Counted from the first letter of the stretch, positions 1 to 13,180 are shown. The stretch: 64,000 bases of DNA from Candidatus Limnocylindrales bacterium (GCA_035720425.1 DASTOB010000127.1:2368-66367); one strand, 5' to 3'. Made by a program: numbers and translations. The notes: a model not told the origin generated them from the sequence alone.

Positions 1-1
1 C

Positions 2-175
2 CTGACCGAGGAGACGTGGGGCCGACTCCACGATCTCGTCGCGGATCACCCGGACTATCGGCCTCCGGGGCCGGTCGGGCGCTGGCTGACCGAGCTCTTC
101 AACGACTGGCCGGAGGGGGAGCGACCCCCGACCTCTGGCATACTTCACGGTCGAACCGTGAAGCCCGATCCGTGA
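2..175 (+). CDS. 3' end of an unidentified CDS entering from the left window edge (hypothetical protein)
   Basis: Frame 2 is open from the edge to TGA 173-175 (LTEETWGRLHDLVADHPDYRPPGPVGRWLTELFNDWPEGERPP...). Third positions are G/C-dominated. The next gene starts 13 nt later behind GGGAGG. No family recognised. Not in the ORF track because the start lies outside the window. Confidence 0.4.
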   Translation: MTEETWGRLHDLVADHPDYRPPGPVGRWLTELFNDWPEGERPPTSGILHGRTVKPDP

Positions 176-188
176 GCAGGGAGGCAGC

Positions 189-554
189 GTGGGAGCGACC
201 GGTCTGTCGGCCGATCCGAAGGAGTATCGGAAGCGGCTCGAGCAGCAGAGCGACGAGCAGATCGACGCGTGGGCGGCGGAGCTCATGCGCGACGTGGCGA
301 TCCGGCGGGGCGTGATCCGCGTCGTCGAGGACTTTCGTCGCGCGACAGGGGTCGATGAGCGCGGTTTCGAACGGGTGTTCGCTTCCGGAGGCGGTGCTCC
401 GGCGGTGATCGGGCGGGACGCCGGCGGTCGACTCATGGTCCCGGCGATCACGCTCTACAACCTCGTGCCGGGCGTCCGCGCGGAGCTGGCCGACGGTCGA
501 AAGCGCCTCGTCGAGTACCTCGTGGCGAACTTCCACGAGCTCGTCTACGTCTGA
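189..554 (+). CDS. hypothetical protein (121 aa)
   Basis: ORF-track ORF with a GTG start preceded by GGGAGG. Composition looks coding rather than off-frame. No family recognised. Confidence 0.55.
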   Translation: MGATGLSADPKEYRKRLEQQSDEQIDAWAAELMRDVAIRRGVIRVVEDFRRATGVDERGFERVFASGGGAPAVIGRDAGGRLMVPAITLYNLVPGVRAELADGRKRLVEYLVANFHELVYV

Positions 555-690
555 CGGCGCCGGGCCGGGGTCCGGGCCTGCCGGGACCTTACCCGGGGGG
601 ACATCGCGCGGGCGTCCGGCATTCACTCTCGTTCGCCTTGTCCATCCGTTCCCGTCGCTCCTCAACGGGACGGCGACGATCCTCGTCGCG

Positions 691-1467
691 TTGTTCGCCG
701 GTGCCGAGCCCGCCACGGCCGTCCGCCTCGGTGTCGCGATGACCGCGCTCCAGTTCTCGATCGGCACCGCCAACGACGCGGCCGACGCGGAGCGCGATGC
801 CGGGCGGCCGGACAAGCCGATCCCGGCCGGGCTCGTGGCGCGCCGGACGGCGACCTGGGCGGCCGTCGCCTTCGCCGTCATCGGGCTCGCCCTGACCGTC
901 CCATCCGGGCCGGCGACCGTCGCGGTCGGCGGCCTGGGTCTCGGCGTCGGGCTCGTCTACGACCTTCGCTTCCGCGGCACGGCCGCGTCGTGGCTCCCGT
1001 TCGCGATCGGGATCCCGCTCCTGCCGGTCTACGCCTGGCTCGGGGCGACCGGCGGCCTGCCCCCGGCCTTCGCCGTGCTCGTCCCGACCGCCGTCGTGGC
1101 CGGGGCGGGCCTGGCGATCGCGAATGCCCTCGCCGATGTCGACGTGGACCGCCGTTCGGGCGCTGGATCGGTGGCCCTGGCCCTCGGTCCGCGTCGCGCG
1201 TGGATGGTCCACGCGGTCCTGCTCGGGCTGGCATCGGCGGTCGCAGTGGGGTCGATCCCGATCCTGGCCGGGGTGGGGGAGCGAGCGGCCGACATCGCCC
1301 GAATCGGTGCCGGGATCGGCGTCGCCCTCGTCGGGGTGGCGCTCATCGCGATCGGCGTGGCGCTGGCGCGTCCTTCCCGGCCCGGGGCGCGGGGCTGGGA
1401 GGTCGAAGCGGTCGGGCTGACCGCCGTCGCGGTCGGCTGGATCGTCGGCGTCGACGTCGGGGGATAG
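691..1467 (+). CDS. UbiA-family polyprenyltransferase (integral membrane); N-terminus probably extends upstream of the TTG at 691
   Basis: Asp-rich motif NDAADAERD followed by KPIPAG. Multiple hydrophobic helices. The in-frame upstream peptide AFTLVRLVHPFPSLLNGTATILVA (619-690) looks like the usual first helix of the family. Confidence 0.7.
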   Translation: MFAGAEPATAVRLGVAMTALQFSIGTANDAADAERDAGRPDKPIPAGLVARRTATWAAVAFAVIGLALTVPSGPATVAVGGLGLGVGLVYDLRFRGTAASWLPFAIGIPLLPVYAWLGATGGLPPAFAVLVPTAVVAGAGLAIANALADVDVDRRSGAGSVALALGPRRAWMVHAVLLGLASAVAVGSIPILAGVGERAADIARIGAGIGVALVGVALIAIGVALARPSRPGARGWEVEAVGLTAVAVGWIVGVDVGG

Positions 1468-1571
1468 GCGGCGGTCCGGCGCGCCGGGGCACCATCCCCG
1501 GACCAAGGTACCCCTAACGTGGCGCCCGGCGCGGTCGTTATCCTCGGTACACCGTTCAGGGAGGCATCATC

Positions 1572-2126
1572 GTGAGTCATCAGCTCGCCAGACTTCGTGG
1601 CCTGGCCGTCGCGCTCGTCGTCCTCGCCCTCACCGCCGGCGCCGTCTTCGCCGGCGATCCACCGCCCGCCGCCGATCCCGGCCTCGAGAACGCCGCCGAG
1701 CGGTCCGGCCACGAGGTCCTTCCGGCCAGCCTCGAGACCGACGAGGACGCGGACGAGGAGACGGACGAGGAGACCGACGACGACGCACCGGAGGCCGACG
1801 AGCTGTCCGAGCACGAGGACGGCGACACCCACGGGGCGCTCGTCTCCGAGGCGGCCCAGATGGAGACGCCGGTCGGCTTCGACAATCACGGGGCGTTCGT
1901 GTCGTGCGTCGCGCGGATGAACCGTGGCCAGCTCGGCCCGGACGCGGACCTCTCCGGTCTCGTGCTCGCCGACCTCACGCCGGGGGATTGCGATGGCGCC
2001 GACGAGGAGACGACCGAGACGACCGAGGCGACCGAGGCGTCAGCGGACGACTCGCCCGGCAAGAGCGGCGCCGCCAAGGCACGGCAGGCCAGTCGCGGAG
2101 CACGCGGGAACTCGCCCAACCACTGA
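1572..2126 (+). CDS. secreted, highly acidic hypothetical protein
   Basis: GTG start behind CAGGGAGG. N-terminal signal-peptide-like segment (RLRGLAVALVVLALTAGAVFAG). Asp/Glu/Thr-rich stretches. No family recognised. Confidence 0.55.
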   Translation: MSHQLARLRGLAVALVVLALTAGAVFAGDPPPAADPGLENAAERSGHEVLPASLETDEDADEETDEETDDDAPEADELSEHEDGDTHGALVSEAAQMETPVGFDNHGAFVSCVARMNRGQLGPDADLSGLVLADLTPGDCDGADEETTETTEATEASADDSPGKSGAAKARQASRGARGNSPNH

Positions 2127-2140
2127 GCCCCCAGAACGAC

Positions 2141-2168
2141 GAAGCCGGCGCCTCTCGGCGCCGGCTTC
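2141..2168. terminator. bidirectional stem-loop between convergent genes (secreted protein / parB)
   Basis: GAAGCCGGCGCC-tctc-GGCGCCGGCTTC gives a 12-bp perfect stem with a 4-nt loop, followed by GGTGTGT on the + strand. Confidence 0.6.
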
Positions 2169-2191
2169 GGTGTGTCCGGGGTTCCGCGCGA

Positions 2192-3226
2192 TCAGCGCGC
2201 GTCGCCGCCGCGCACGACCGCGATGGCGTTCTCGAGCTTGAGCTTGGCGATCGTCAGGTACTTGGCGAGGTTTGCGCGGTCCACCTCGCCGATCGATCGG
2301 ACCACGTCCGGCGTTCGGAGCACGCCGACGAGCTCCTCGACCGCCTCGTTGAGTTGCTGCTTGGCGGCCACGAGCGAGTCCTCGGTCAGGTCCGCGCGCT
2401 GCCCTTGCGGGGCCCACCCGGCCTCGTCCGCCGAGTCGTCCGACGACGTCCCGCCGTCGGCCCAGCCGAGCTGGCCGTCGCCGGACTCGCCGTCATCCTC
2501 GAGGTGGGGCTCGCCGGTCGCTCGTCGCGGACGGCCCTCGATCCGCTCGCGCAGCTTGACCAGGGACAGCTCGCCACGGGCGACCTGGTCGGCGAGGCGG
2601 CGACGCTTCTTCGGGTCGTCGACCTTCATGAGCTCGTAGGCATGTGACAGGGTGTCTCTGCGCAAAGACACGAGCTCGCGGACCTCCGGCGGAGCATCGG
2701 CGAGCCGGAGCCGGTTCTCGAGGTACCCCTTGTCCTTGCCGAGCTTCTGGGCGAGCTTGCGGACGCTGTACCCGTGCTCGTGGATCATCCGCTCGTACAT
2801 CGTCGCCTCGTCGAGCGGCGAGAGGTCCTCGCGCTGGAGGTTCTCGATGATCGCGATCTCGAGCGCCGTGTCGTCGTCGATATCCTCGACGAGGGCCGGA
2901 ATGGTGGCGATGCCCGCGGCCCTCGACGCTCGCCAGCGCCGCTCTCCGGCGATGAGCTGGTACTCGTTGTTGCCGAGCGGGCGGACGAGGATCGGCTGGA
3001 GCACGCCATGCTCCTGGATCGACGACGCGAGCTCGCGGAGCGATTCCTCGTCGATCGTCATCCGTGGCTGGTCCGGGTTCGGCGTGATGCGATCGAGCGG
3101 GACCATCCGGACCCCGGTCGAGCGGCCGACCCGGTCGGATGACAGCAGGCTGACGATGGCGGGGGAGAGCTCCCGCTCCTCGGACAGGCGACGGGCGGCG
3201 GTGGCGCGGAAGTCAGGCCTGGCCAA
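2192..3226 (-). CDS. parB: chromosome partitioning protein ParB/Spo0J
   Basis: N-terminal ParB box including the arginine patch [16 protein letters not shown] motif, HTH region and a long acidic linker before the C-terminal dimerisation segment. TTG start overlaps the parA 3' end. Confidence 0.95.
   Translation of the reverse strand: MARPDFRATAARRLSEERELSPAIVSLLSSDRVGRSTGVRMVPLDRITPNPDQPRMTIDEESLRELASSIQEHGVLQPILVRPLGNNEYQLIAGERRWRASRAAGIATIPALVEDIDDDTALEIAIIENLQREDLSPLDEATMYERMIHEHGYSVRKLAQKLGKDKGYLENRLRLADAPPEVRELVSLRRDTLSHAYELMKVDDPKKRRRLADQVARGELSLVKLRERIEGRPRRATGEPHLEDDGESGDGQLGWADGGTSSDDSADEAGWAPQGQRADLTEDSLVAAKQQLNEAVEELVGVLRTPDVVRSIGEVDRANLAKYLTIAKLKLENAIAVVRGGDAR
2652..2671. promoter_or_regulatory. 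palindrome copy 1 (GTGTCTCTGCGCAAAGACAC), inside the parB coding sequence
   Basis: Read directly from the sequence. 9 of 10 arm positions are self-complementary. Shares the core GTCTYTGCGCAMAGAC with the sites at 4185-4200 and 5812-5827. Confidence 0.5.
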
Positions 3227-3983
3227 GTTCGATCACCTCCCTGGCGAGCGCGCGGTACGTGCGCGCGGCCTCGCTCGATCCGGCGTAGGCCGTGATCGGA
3301 CGGCCCACGAGCGGCGCCTCGCCGAGCTTCACGGTGGTCCGGATGATGCTCGCGAACACGTGGTGGTCGCCGACGACCCGGAGTTCATCGAGCATGTCGC
3401 GGGCGAGGTTCGTGCGCCCGTCGAAGAACGTCGGCAGGAGTCCGAGGATGCGGAGGTCCCGGTTCAACTTCATCCGGATCATGTTGATGACCTTGACGAG
3501 GTTGTTGAGGCCCTTCATCGCGTAGTACTGCGTCTGGACCGGGATGATGACGTTGTTCGCGGCGACGAGCCCGTTGACCGTCAGCAGTCCGAGGTTGGGC
3601 GGGCAGTCGATGAGCGCGAAGTCGTAGCTGTCGAGCATCCCGTCGAGCGAGTCGCGCAGGATCTGTTCCCGGCCGAGCGCCGTGAACAGCTCGCCCTCCG
3701 TCGATGCGAGATCGATGTGGGCCGGCGCGACGTCGATCCCGGCGATCTCCGTCGGGCGGATGATCTCCTCGAGCGTCGACCGGCCGTCGGCGAGGACGTC
3801 GGCCATCGAGCGCTCGACCGTGTTGAGATTGATGCCAAGTCCCGCGGTCAGGTTGGCCTGCGGGTCCATGTCGATGCACAGGACGCGGAATCCCTCTTCG
3901 GCGAGCGCGCCGGCGAGGTTGATCGCCGTCGTGGTCTTGCCGACGCCTCCCTTCTGGTTGGCGATCGCAATCACGTTGGTCAC
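3213..3983 (-). CDS. parA: chromosome partitioning ATPase ParA/Soj
   Basis: Deviant Walker A motif [10 protein letters not shown]. Good ParA-family similarity throughout. GTG at 3983 is preceded by GAGGTG 7 nt upstream. The ORF-track start at 4022 would add 13 aa. Confidence 0.95.
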   Translation of the reverse strand: MTNVIAIANQKGGVGKTTTAINLAGALAEEGFRVLCIDMDPQANLTAGLGINLNTVERSMADVLADGRSTLEEIIRPTEIAGIDVAPAHIDLASTEGELFTALGREQILRDSLDGMLDSYDFALIDCPPNLGLLTVNGLVAANNVIIPVQTQYYAMKGLNNLVKVINMIRMKLNRDLRILGLLPTFFDGRTNLARDMLDELRVVGDHHVFASIIRTTVKLGEAPLVGRPITAYAGSSEAARTYRALAREVIELGQA

Positions 3984-4078
3984 CGGGGCATCACCTCGAA
4001 TCGCTGCACGGGCTCGTCGCACGGGGGAGGCGGGAGTGCCGTCATGCTACCCCGCGGAGGGCGTCGAGGGCACCGTGG

Positions 4079-4087
4079 TTATCCACA
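4079..4087 (+). promoter_or_regulatory. consensus DnaA box TTATCCACA
   Basis: Exact 9/9 match to the TTATCCACA consensus, about 96 nt upstream of the parA start in the parA/pccB divergent spacer. Confidence 0.5.
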
Positions 4088-4112
4088 GCATTCGGGAGTT
4101 GTTCACCGATTC

Positions 4113-4121
4113 TGTGGATAG
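4113..4121 (-). promoter_or_regulatory. DnaA box, inverted orientation (CTATCCACA on the minus strand)
   Basis: TGTGGATAG on the + strand is an 8/9 match to the consensus. It lies 25 bp from the first box. Confidence 0.45.
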
Positions 4122-4182
4122 TCCGGCCGACAGTGTCGATGACTCGGGGCGACCGACTATCATCTGATCACCCGCGGTCCGT

Positions 4183-4202
4183 GTGTCTTTGCGCACAGAC
4201 GG
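4183..4202. promoter_or_regulatory. palindrome copy 2 (GTGTCTTTGCGCACAGACGG; core 4185-4200)
   Basis: Read directly from the sequence. Lies in the parA/pccB spacer about 50 nt upstream of the pccB ATG. 7 of 8 core arm pairs are complementary. Confidence 0.5.
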
Positions 4203-4251
4203 CCGCGCCCGAAACCCAGCTGGGCCCGCCCGTGCCGCAGGTGAGCATCGG

Positions 4252-5805
4252 ATGTCGACCAACGAGGAGCGACTCGCACGATTGGAAGCGCTGCGCGCCG
4301 AGGCGTTGCTCGGCGGCGGCCAGGTGCGCATCGAGCGCCAGCATGCGTGGGGCAAGCTGACCGCGCGCGAACGGATCGACCTGCTGCTCGACTCTGGTTC
4401 GTTCATCGAACTCGACGCATTCGTCACCCATCGCGCGACGGAATTCGGACTGGCCGACCAGCATGTCCTCGGCGACGGCGTCGTGACCGGACACGGAACG
4501 ATCGACGGCCGACTCGTGTTCCTGTTCAGCCAGGACTTCACGGTGTTCGGCGGATCGTTGTCCGAGGCATACGCCGAGAAGATCTGCAAGGTGATGGACC
4601 TCGCGATGAAGGTGGGGGCCCCGATCATCGGTCTCAACGATTCCGGTGGCGCGCGAATCCAGGAGGGTGTCGTCTCGCTCGGCGGCTATGCCGACATCTT
4701 CCTGCGCAATGTCCTCGCGTCGGGTGTCGTTCCCCAGATCTCGGTGGTCATGGGCCCGTGCGCCGGCGGCGCCGTCTACTCGCCGGCGATGACCGACTTC
4801 ACGATCATGGTCGAGGGTACGAGCTACATGTTCGTGACCGGTCCGAACGTCGTGAAGACGGTGACCCATGAAGAGGTCGACTCGGAGTTCCTCGGCGGGG
4901 CGACGACGCACACGACGCGGAGCGGCGTTGCCCATCTCGCCGCGCCGGACGAAGCGTCGGCGCTCGACGCGGTTCGGGGGATCCTGCGTCACCTCCCGCA
5001 GAACAACCTCGAGTCCGCCCCGCCGGCGACGTCTGCCGACCCGGTCGATCGGATGGACCCCGAGCTCGACCGCGTCGTACCGGACGACGCGCAGCGACCG
5101 TACGACATGCACGACGTCATCGGTCGGGTCGTCGACGACGGCGCGTTCCTCGAGATTCAGCCGGGCTGGGCACAGAACATCATCATCGGGTTCGCTCGCC
5201 TCGGCGGACGGAGCGTCGGCGTCGTCGCCCAGCAGCCTGCCGTGCTCGCCGGCGCACTCGACATCGATGCGTCCGTCAAGGCCGCCCGGTTCGTCCGGAC
5301 CTGCGACTGCTTCAACGTCCCGCTCGTGACGTTCGTCGACGTCCCGGGATTCCTGCCCGGTGTCGGGCAGGAGCACGGCGGGATCATCAAGCACGGCGCG
5401 AAGCTCCTCTTCGCGTATTGCGAGGCGACGGTTCCGAAGCTCACCGTCATCACCCGCAAGGCGTACGGCGGCGCGTACGACGTCATGAGTTCGAAGCACG
5501 TCCGCGGTGACATGAACTTCGCCTGGCCGAGTGCCGAGATCGCGGTGATGGGGCCGGAGGGGGCGGTCAACATCATCTTCCGCGACACGATCGCCCAGGC
5601 CGCCGACCCCGTCGCCGAGCGGGCCCGGCTCGTCGCGGAGTACGAGGCGGAGTTCGCCAACCCGTACGTCGCCGCGGCTCGCGGGTACGTCGACGACGTG
5701 ATCCGTCCGTCGGAAACGCGGCCACGCCTGATCCGGGCGCTCGAGATGCTGGCCGACAAACGAGACACGAACCCGCGCAAGAAGCATGGCAACATCCCCC
5801 TCTGA
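4252..5805 (+). CDS. pccB: propionyl-/acyl-CoA carboxylase carboxyltransferase (beta) subunit
   Basis: Full-length carboxyltransferase similarity ([38 protein letters not shown]). ATG 4252 (MSTNEERL) lies behind AGGTGA. The ORF-track start at 4183 falls inside the palindrome and is less likely. Confidence 0.93.
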   Translation: MSTNEERLARLEALRAEALLGGGQVRIERQHAWGKLTARERIDLLLDSGSFIELDAFVTHRATEFGLADQHVLGDGVVTGHGTIDGRLVFLFSQDFTVFGGSLSEAYAEKICKVMDLAMKVGAPIIGLNDSGGARIQEGVVSLGGYADIFLRNVLASGVVPQISVVMGPCAGGAVYSPAMTDFTIMVEGTSYMFVTGPNVVKTVTHEEVDSEFLGGATTHTTRSGVAHLAAPDEASALDAVRGILRHLPQNNLESAPPATSADPVDRMDPELDRVVPDDAQRPYDMHDVIGRVVDDGAFLEIQPGWAQNIIIGFARLGGRSVGVVAQQPAVLAGALDIDASVKAARFVRTCDCFNVPLVTFVDVPGFLPGVGQEHGGIIKHGAKLLFAYCEATVPKLTVITRKAYGGAYDVMSSKHVRGDMNFAWPSAEIAVMGPEGAVNIIFRDTIAQAADPVAERARLVAEYEAEFANPYVAAARGYVDDVIRPSETRPRLIRALEMLADKRDTNPRKKHGNIPL

Positions 5806-5809
5806 GATC

Positions 5810-5829
5810 CCGTCTTTGCGCAAAGACGG
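5810..5829. promoter_or_regulatory. palindrome copy 3 (CCGTCTTTGCGCAAAGACGG), a perfect 20-mer between pccB and accC
   Basis: Read directly from the sequence. It begins 5 nt after the pccB stop codon (5803-5805) and ends 1 nt before the GTG at 5831. Confidence 0.5.
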
Positions 5830-5830
5830 A

Positions 5831-7407
<1,577 letters not shown>

Positions 7408-7411
<4 letters not shown>

Positions 7412-8034
7412 GCGCCGCCCCCGGCGATCCCCTCGATCCCGGCGATCCGGGTCTCGCCGCAACCGACCCCGCCGCCATCCGCGTCACCGTAACGGCCGCG
7501 GCCGGCCGCCCGGAGGTGCCGGCGCTCGTCATCGACGGCCGGGCGACGGACGTGACCGTGACCGGCCCGGACGAGCGTGGCCGAGCCGTCGTCACGGCCG
7601 GGGGAGGGAGTGGCGGCGAGGGTGCCGGCGAGCCGGGTGGCGAGCGGCGGGCCGTCCTGTTCCTCGATCCATCGCCCCGGCCTGGCGGGTCGGCCGACGG
7701 CATCATCCGGCGCGAGGTGGTCGTCGGCGGCTGGCGGGTCGAGGTCGAGATCGAGGGGAACCGCCGCGCTGCCCTGCGCGAGCGCGCGACGCGCGCGCGG
7801 GAGGCCGTGGCGCACGGCGGGCCCACGGAGGTTCGTGCCATCATCCCCGGGCGCGTGCTGTCGGTATCGGTCGTCGCGGGCGACGACGTCGTCGCCGGCC
7901 AGCAGATCCTCGCCATCGAGGCGATGAAGATGCAGAACGAGCTCCGGGCGCCGCGCGACGGTCGGATCACGCGCGTGGCGGTCGCGGCGGACCAGACGAT
8001 CGAGGTGGGCGACCTCCTCGTCGTCATCGAGTAG
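7408..8034 (+). CDS. biotin carboxyl carrier protein (biotinyl/lipoyl domain protein)
   Basis: C-terminal biotinyl domain with [11 protein letters not shown] 7408 overlaps the accC stop codon (ATGA). The N-terminal half is low complexity. Confidence 0.85.
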
Positions 8035-8062
8035 GGTTCGGCGAGCGGGAACAGGAGGATCG

Positions 8063-9730
<1,668 letters not shown>

Positions 9731-9741
9731 GAGGGAAGCCC

Positions 9742-10230
9742 ATGGCACGCGCCAAGCAGCCCACGCCGGCCTCGTCGGTCCCGCGCCGGATCCGCCATCT
9801 CGGGCGAATCCATCACGTCGCCGTCGTCGTCCGGTCGCTCGACGAGGGTCTGCGGTTCTACCGCGACCTCCTGGGGCTCGAGCTCGAGACGATCATGGAC
9901 ATCCCGTCGGACCGGGTCCGGATCGCGTTCCTCCCGGTCGGCGAGGTCAAGGTCGAGCTCGTCGAACCGACCGACGACACGACCGGCGTCGCCCGCTTCC
10001 TGGCCAGCAAGGGCGAGGGCTTCCATCACGTCTGCTTCGAGGTCGAGAACCTCGCCGAGGCACTCCTTCGACTCGAGATCGACGGCGTCGAACTGATCGA
10101 CACGTCACCGCGCCGCGGGGCGGAGGGCCCGGTCGCGTTCATCCACCCGCGCTCGTGCCACGGCGTGCTCGTCGAGCTCATCGAAGCGCCCGGTGGCCCG
10201 GCGTGGCACAGTCTCGGTCTCAACCCGTAA
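9742..10230 (+). CDS. mce: methylmalonyl-CoA epimerase (VOC/glyoxalase fold)
   Basis: IHHVAVVV ... FHHVCFEV ... HGVLVELIE pattern typical of the epimerase. ATG behind GAGGGAAG. Context is next to the mutase. Confidence 0.88.
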   Translation: MARAKQPTPASSVPRRIRHLGRIHHVAVVVRSLDEGLRFYRDLLGLELETIMDIPSDRVRIAFLPVGEVKVELVEPTDDTTGVARFLASKGEGFHHVCFEVENLAEALLRLEIDGVELIDTSPRRGAEGPVAFIHPRSCHGVLVELIEAPGGPAWHSLGLNP

Positions 10231-10262
10231 CCATCGTCGATCCACTCGGAGGTTCCCGGATC

Positions 10263-10589
10263 ATGGCCGTCATCATCACCACCACGCCCACCGTCGAGGG
10301 ACGATCGATCGCGGAATACCGCGGGATCGTGACCGGTGAGGCGATCCTCGGCGCCAACATCTTCAAGGACCTGTTCGCCGGCATCCGCGATATCGTCGGC
10401 GGTCGCTCCGGCGCGTACGAGGAGGAGCTCCGCAAGGCCCGCTCGATCGCCCTCGAGGAACTCGCCGTCGCCGCGCAGCAGCTTGGGGCGGACGCGGTCG
10501 TCGGCGTCGACCTCGACTACGAGACGGTGGGGCAGGGCGGGTCGATGCTCATGGTGACCGCGTCGGGAACCGCGGTGCGGCTCGGCTAG
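10263..10589 (+). CDS. YbjQ/UPF0145 family protein
   Basis: Typical family sequence ([48 protein letters not shown]...). ATG behind GGAGG. Confidence 0.85.
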   Translation: MAVIITTTPTVEGRSIAEYRGIVTGEAILGANIFKDLFAGIRDIVGGRSGAYEEELRKARSIALEELAVAAQQLGADAVVGVDLDYETVGQGGSMLMVTASGTAVRLG

Positions 10590-11056
10590 ATCGACCAGGC
10601 GAACAGGACGTCGGCCGATCGGTCCGCTCGCCGGCAGAAGCGGACGATCGAGCCGGCCAGCTCGCGGATCCACGGCTTCTCCTCGCGGGGGAAGTCGCCC
10701 AGCTCCTCCTCGAGCAGGTCGATCCAGCGGCCGGCGATCGCGTCGACGTCGCGATCCGGGACGCGCGCGATCGCGCCGACCCAGCCCGGATCGACCCGCT
10801 CGATCGTTCGTTCCCCGACGTCATCGGGGCCATCGAGCTCGCGTCGGGCGTCGATGAAGTCGCTCGGCTCGTCGGCGCGCGTGACGGCACGCACGGCCTC
10901 GGAGAACCGGTCGAGCCAGTCCGGGTCGAGGCCTGCGCCGAGCGGGAGGTGCGCGTCGAAGCGGTCCGGGTCGGACAGCGCGTCGAGGTCGTCGACGGAA
11001 ATCGCGAGCAGGATCTCGCGCGCATCGCCGGCCACGAGGTCCATCAGGGTACCCAT
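10586..11056 (-). CDS. hypothetical acidic protein (156 aa), last gene of the sucCD transcription unit
   Basis: The in-frame ATG ([10 protein letters not shown]...) lies 17 nt downstream of the sucD stop codon. Composition looks coding. No family recognised. The longer ORF-track version (to 11965) is an off-frame read-through of sucD. Confidence 0.6.
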   Translation of the reverse strand: MGTLMDLVAGDAREILLAISVDDLDALSDPDRFDAHLPLGAGLDPDWLDRFSEAVRAVTRADEPSDFIDARRELDGPDDVGERTIERVDPGWVGAIARVPDRDVDAIAGRWIDLLEEELGDFPREEKPWIRELAGSIVRFCRRADRSADVLFAWSI

Positions 11057-11073
11057 GGAGGATCGGACGGCCG

Positions 11074-11958
11074 TCAGCCCGTGTAGCCCGCTTCGCGGAG
11101 CAGCGCGGGCAGCTCCGTCGGCGACGCGGCCACCCGGATGCCCGCCGCCTCGAGCGCAGCGACCTTCGACTCGGCCGTGCCGGACCCGCCCGAGATGATC
11201 GCGCCGGCGTGGCCCATCCGCTTGCCCTCCGGGGCGGTCCGCCCGGCGATGAACGCCGCCATCGGGCGATCGCGCAGGTGCTCCGCCGCCCACGCCGCGG
11301 CCCGCTCCTCCGCCGCCCCGCCGATCTCGCCGATGAGCACGATCGCGTCCGTCTCGGGGTCGTCGGCGAACAGCTGGAGCACGTCGAGGAACGTCGTGCC
11401 GATGATCGGGTCGCCGCCGATGCCGACGCACGTCGACTGGCCGATGCCGGCATCGGTCATCGCCTGGACGGCCTCGTAGGTCAGGGTTCCGGAGCGCGAC
11501 ACGACGCCGACCCGTCCCTCGCGGTGGACCGAGCCCGGAATGATCCCGACCTTGGCCCGGCCCGGCGAGGTCGCACCCGGGCAGTTCGGCCCGATGAGGC
11601 GGGCCCCGGCGGCGCGCACGGTCTCGACGACCGGGATCATGTCGAGGGCGGGAATTCCCTCGGTGATGCAGAAGATCGTGCCGATCCCGGCATCGGCCGC
11701 CTCCATGATCGCATCGGGGGCACCGGCGGCCGGCACGAAGATGCACGACGTGTTGGCGCCCGTCTCGCGGACGGCCTGGCCGACCGTGTCGAACACGGGC
11801 ACGCGCCCGTCGAGCGCCCGCTGCCCACCCTTGCCCGGGGTCGACCCGGCGACGACCGTCGTTCCGTACTCGAGCATCGACGTGCCGTGGAAGGTGCCCT
11901 CGCGGCCGGTGATGCCCTGGATGACGAGCCGCGTGTCGCGCCCGATGAGGATGCTCAT
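11074..11958 (-). CDS. sucD: succinyl-CoA synthetase alpha subunit
   Basis: [16 protein letters not shown] and [11 protein letters not shown] motifs. The start overlaps the sucC stop codon. Confidence 0.95.
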   Translation of the reverse strand: MSILIGRDTRLVIQGITGREGTFHGTSMLEYGTTVVAGSTPGKGGQRALDGRVPVFDTVGQAVRETGANTSCIFVPAAGAPDAIMEAADAGIGTIFCITEGIPALDMIPVVETVRAAGARLIGPNCPGATSPGRAKVGIIPGSVHREGRVGVVSRSGTLTYEAVQAMTDAGIGQSTCVGIGGDPIIGTTFLDVLQLFADDPETDAIVLIGEIGGAAEERAAAWAAEHLRDRPMAAFIAGRTAPEGKRMGHAGAIISGGSGTAESKVAALEAAGIRVAASPTELPALLREAGYTG

Positions 11959-13130
11959 GCCGCACCCCGCCGCGAGGCGGCGACGGCCTTCTCGGCCGCC
12001 TCGTCGAGGGTCGCCGCCGTCTCGAAGTTCGCCTCCTCGAGGAGGCGTCCCGCCTCGGCCGCGTTCGTGCCGACGATCCGGACGACCATCGGCACGTCGC
12101 GCGCCTGGACCCGCCGGGCCTCGATGAGGCCGCGGGCGACCTCGTCGCCGCGGGTGATGCCGCCGAAGATGTTGACGAGGATGGCCGACACCTTCGGGTC
12201 CGACAGGATGAGCCGCATCGCGGTCGCGACCTTGTCCGCCCGCGCGCCGCCGCCGATGTCGAGGAAGTTCGCCGGTTCGCCGCCGGCCCGCTTGACGAGG
12301 TCCATCGTCGTCATCGCGAGGCCGGCGCCGTTGACCATGCAGCCGATCGTCCCGTCGAGCTTGATGAAGCTGATGTCCGCCCCGCGGGCCTGACGGTCGG
12401 TCGGGTCGTCCTCGTCGAGATCGCGCAGCGCCTCGTGGCCGGGATGGCGGGCGAGGGCGGAATCGTCGAGGGTGATCTTCGCGTCGAGACAGACGAGCCG
12501 ATCGACGGTCGCCCCGCCGGCGCCCTTCTCGCGCACGATCCCGAGCGGGTTGATCTCGACGAGGTCCGCGTCGTTCGCGCGCATCGTGGCGACGAGGCCC
12601 CTGGCGATCGCGGCAGCCTCGCGCCAGTGCTCGCCGAGGCCCATCCGGAACGCGAACGAGCGAGCCTGGTGGTCGAGCAGCCCGAGGTACGGGTGGGCGT
12701 GGAGGGTGACGATCGCGTCGGGATTCGTGGCGGCGACGTGCTCGATCTCGACGCCGCCCTCGGACGAGCCCATGAGCAGGATCCGCCGGGCGTCGCGGTC
12801 GAGGACCGCGGCGAGGTAGTACTCCTTGAGGATGTCGGCCGCGGCCGCCACGAGCACCTTGCGCACGGTGATGCCCTTGATGTCCATACCGAGGATGAGC
12901 GCTGCCGTGCGCTCGGCGTGATCGGCGTCGGCGGCGAGCTTCACGCCGCCGGCCTTGCCACGGCCGCCGACGAGGACGAGCGCCTTGATCACGACGCTGT
13001 CGGCGCCGGTCGCGAAGATCCGCTCCGCGGCGGCGCGCGCCTCGGCCGGCGTACGGGCGACTTCCCATCCGGGCACGGGCAGGCCCTGGGCGACGAGCAG
13101 CGACTTGGCGTCGGCTTCCTGGATCTTCAC
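11955..13130 (-). CDS. sucC: succinyl-CoA synthetase beta subunit
   Basis: [13 protein letters not shown]-terminus (GTG start), an ATP-grasp region, and [13 protein letters not shown]. Confidence 0.95.
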   Translation of the reverse strand: MKIQEADAKSLLVAQGLPVPGWEVARTPAEARAAAERIFATGADSVVIKALVLVGGRGKAGGVKLAADADHAERTAALILGMDIKGITVRKVLVAAAADILKEYYLAAVLDRDARRILLMGSSEGGVEIEHVAATNPDAIVTLHAHPYLGLLDHQARSFAFRMGLGEHWREAAAIARGLVATMRANDADLVEINPLGIVREKGAGGATVDRLVCLDAKITLDDSALARHPGHEALRDLDEDDPTDRQARGADISFIKLDGTIGCMVNGAGLAMTTMDLVKRAGGEPANFLDIGGGARADKVATAMRLILSDPKVSAILVNIFGGITRGDEVARGLIEARRVQARDVPMVVRIVGTNAAEAGRLLEEANFETAATLDEAAEKAVAASRRGAA

Positions 13131-13174
13131 GGGGGCATCGATGGTACAGGACCGCGGGAGCCTCCCGAGCGGGC

Positions 13175-13180
13175 TAGAAT
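13175..13180 (+). promoter_or_regulatory. candidate -10 hexamer TAGAAT for icd
   Basis: The TAGAAT ends 7 nt before ATG 13188. The same hexamer precedes rnpB and mraZ. No convincing -35 element. Confidence 0.4.
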
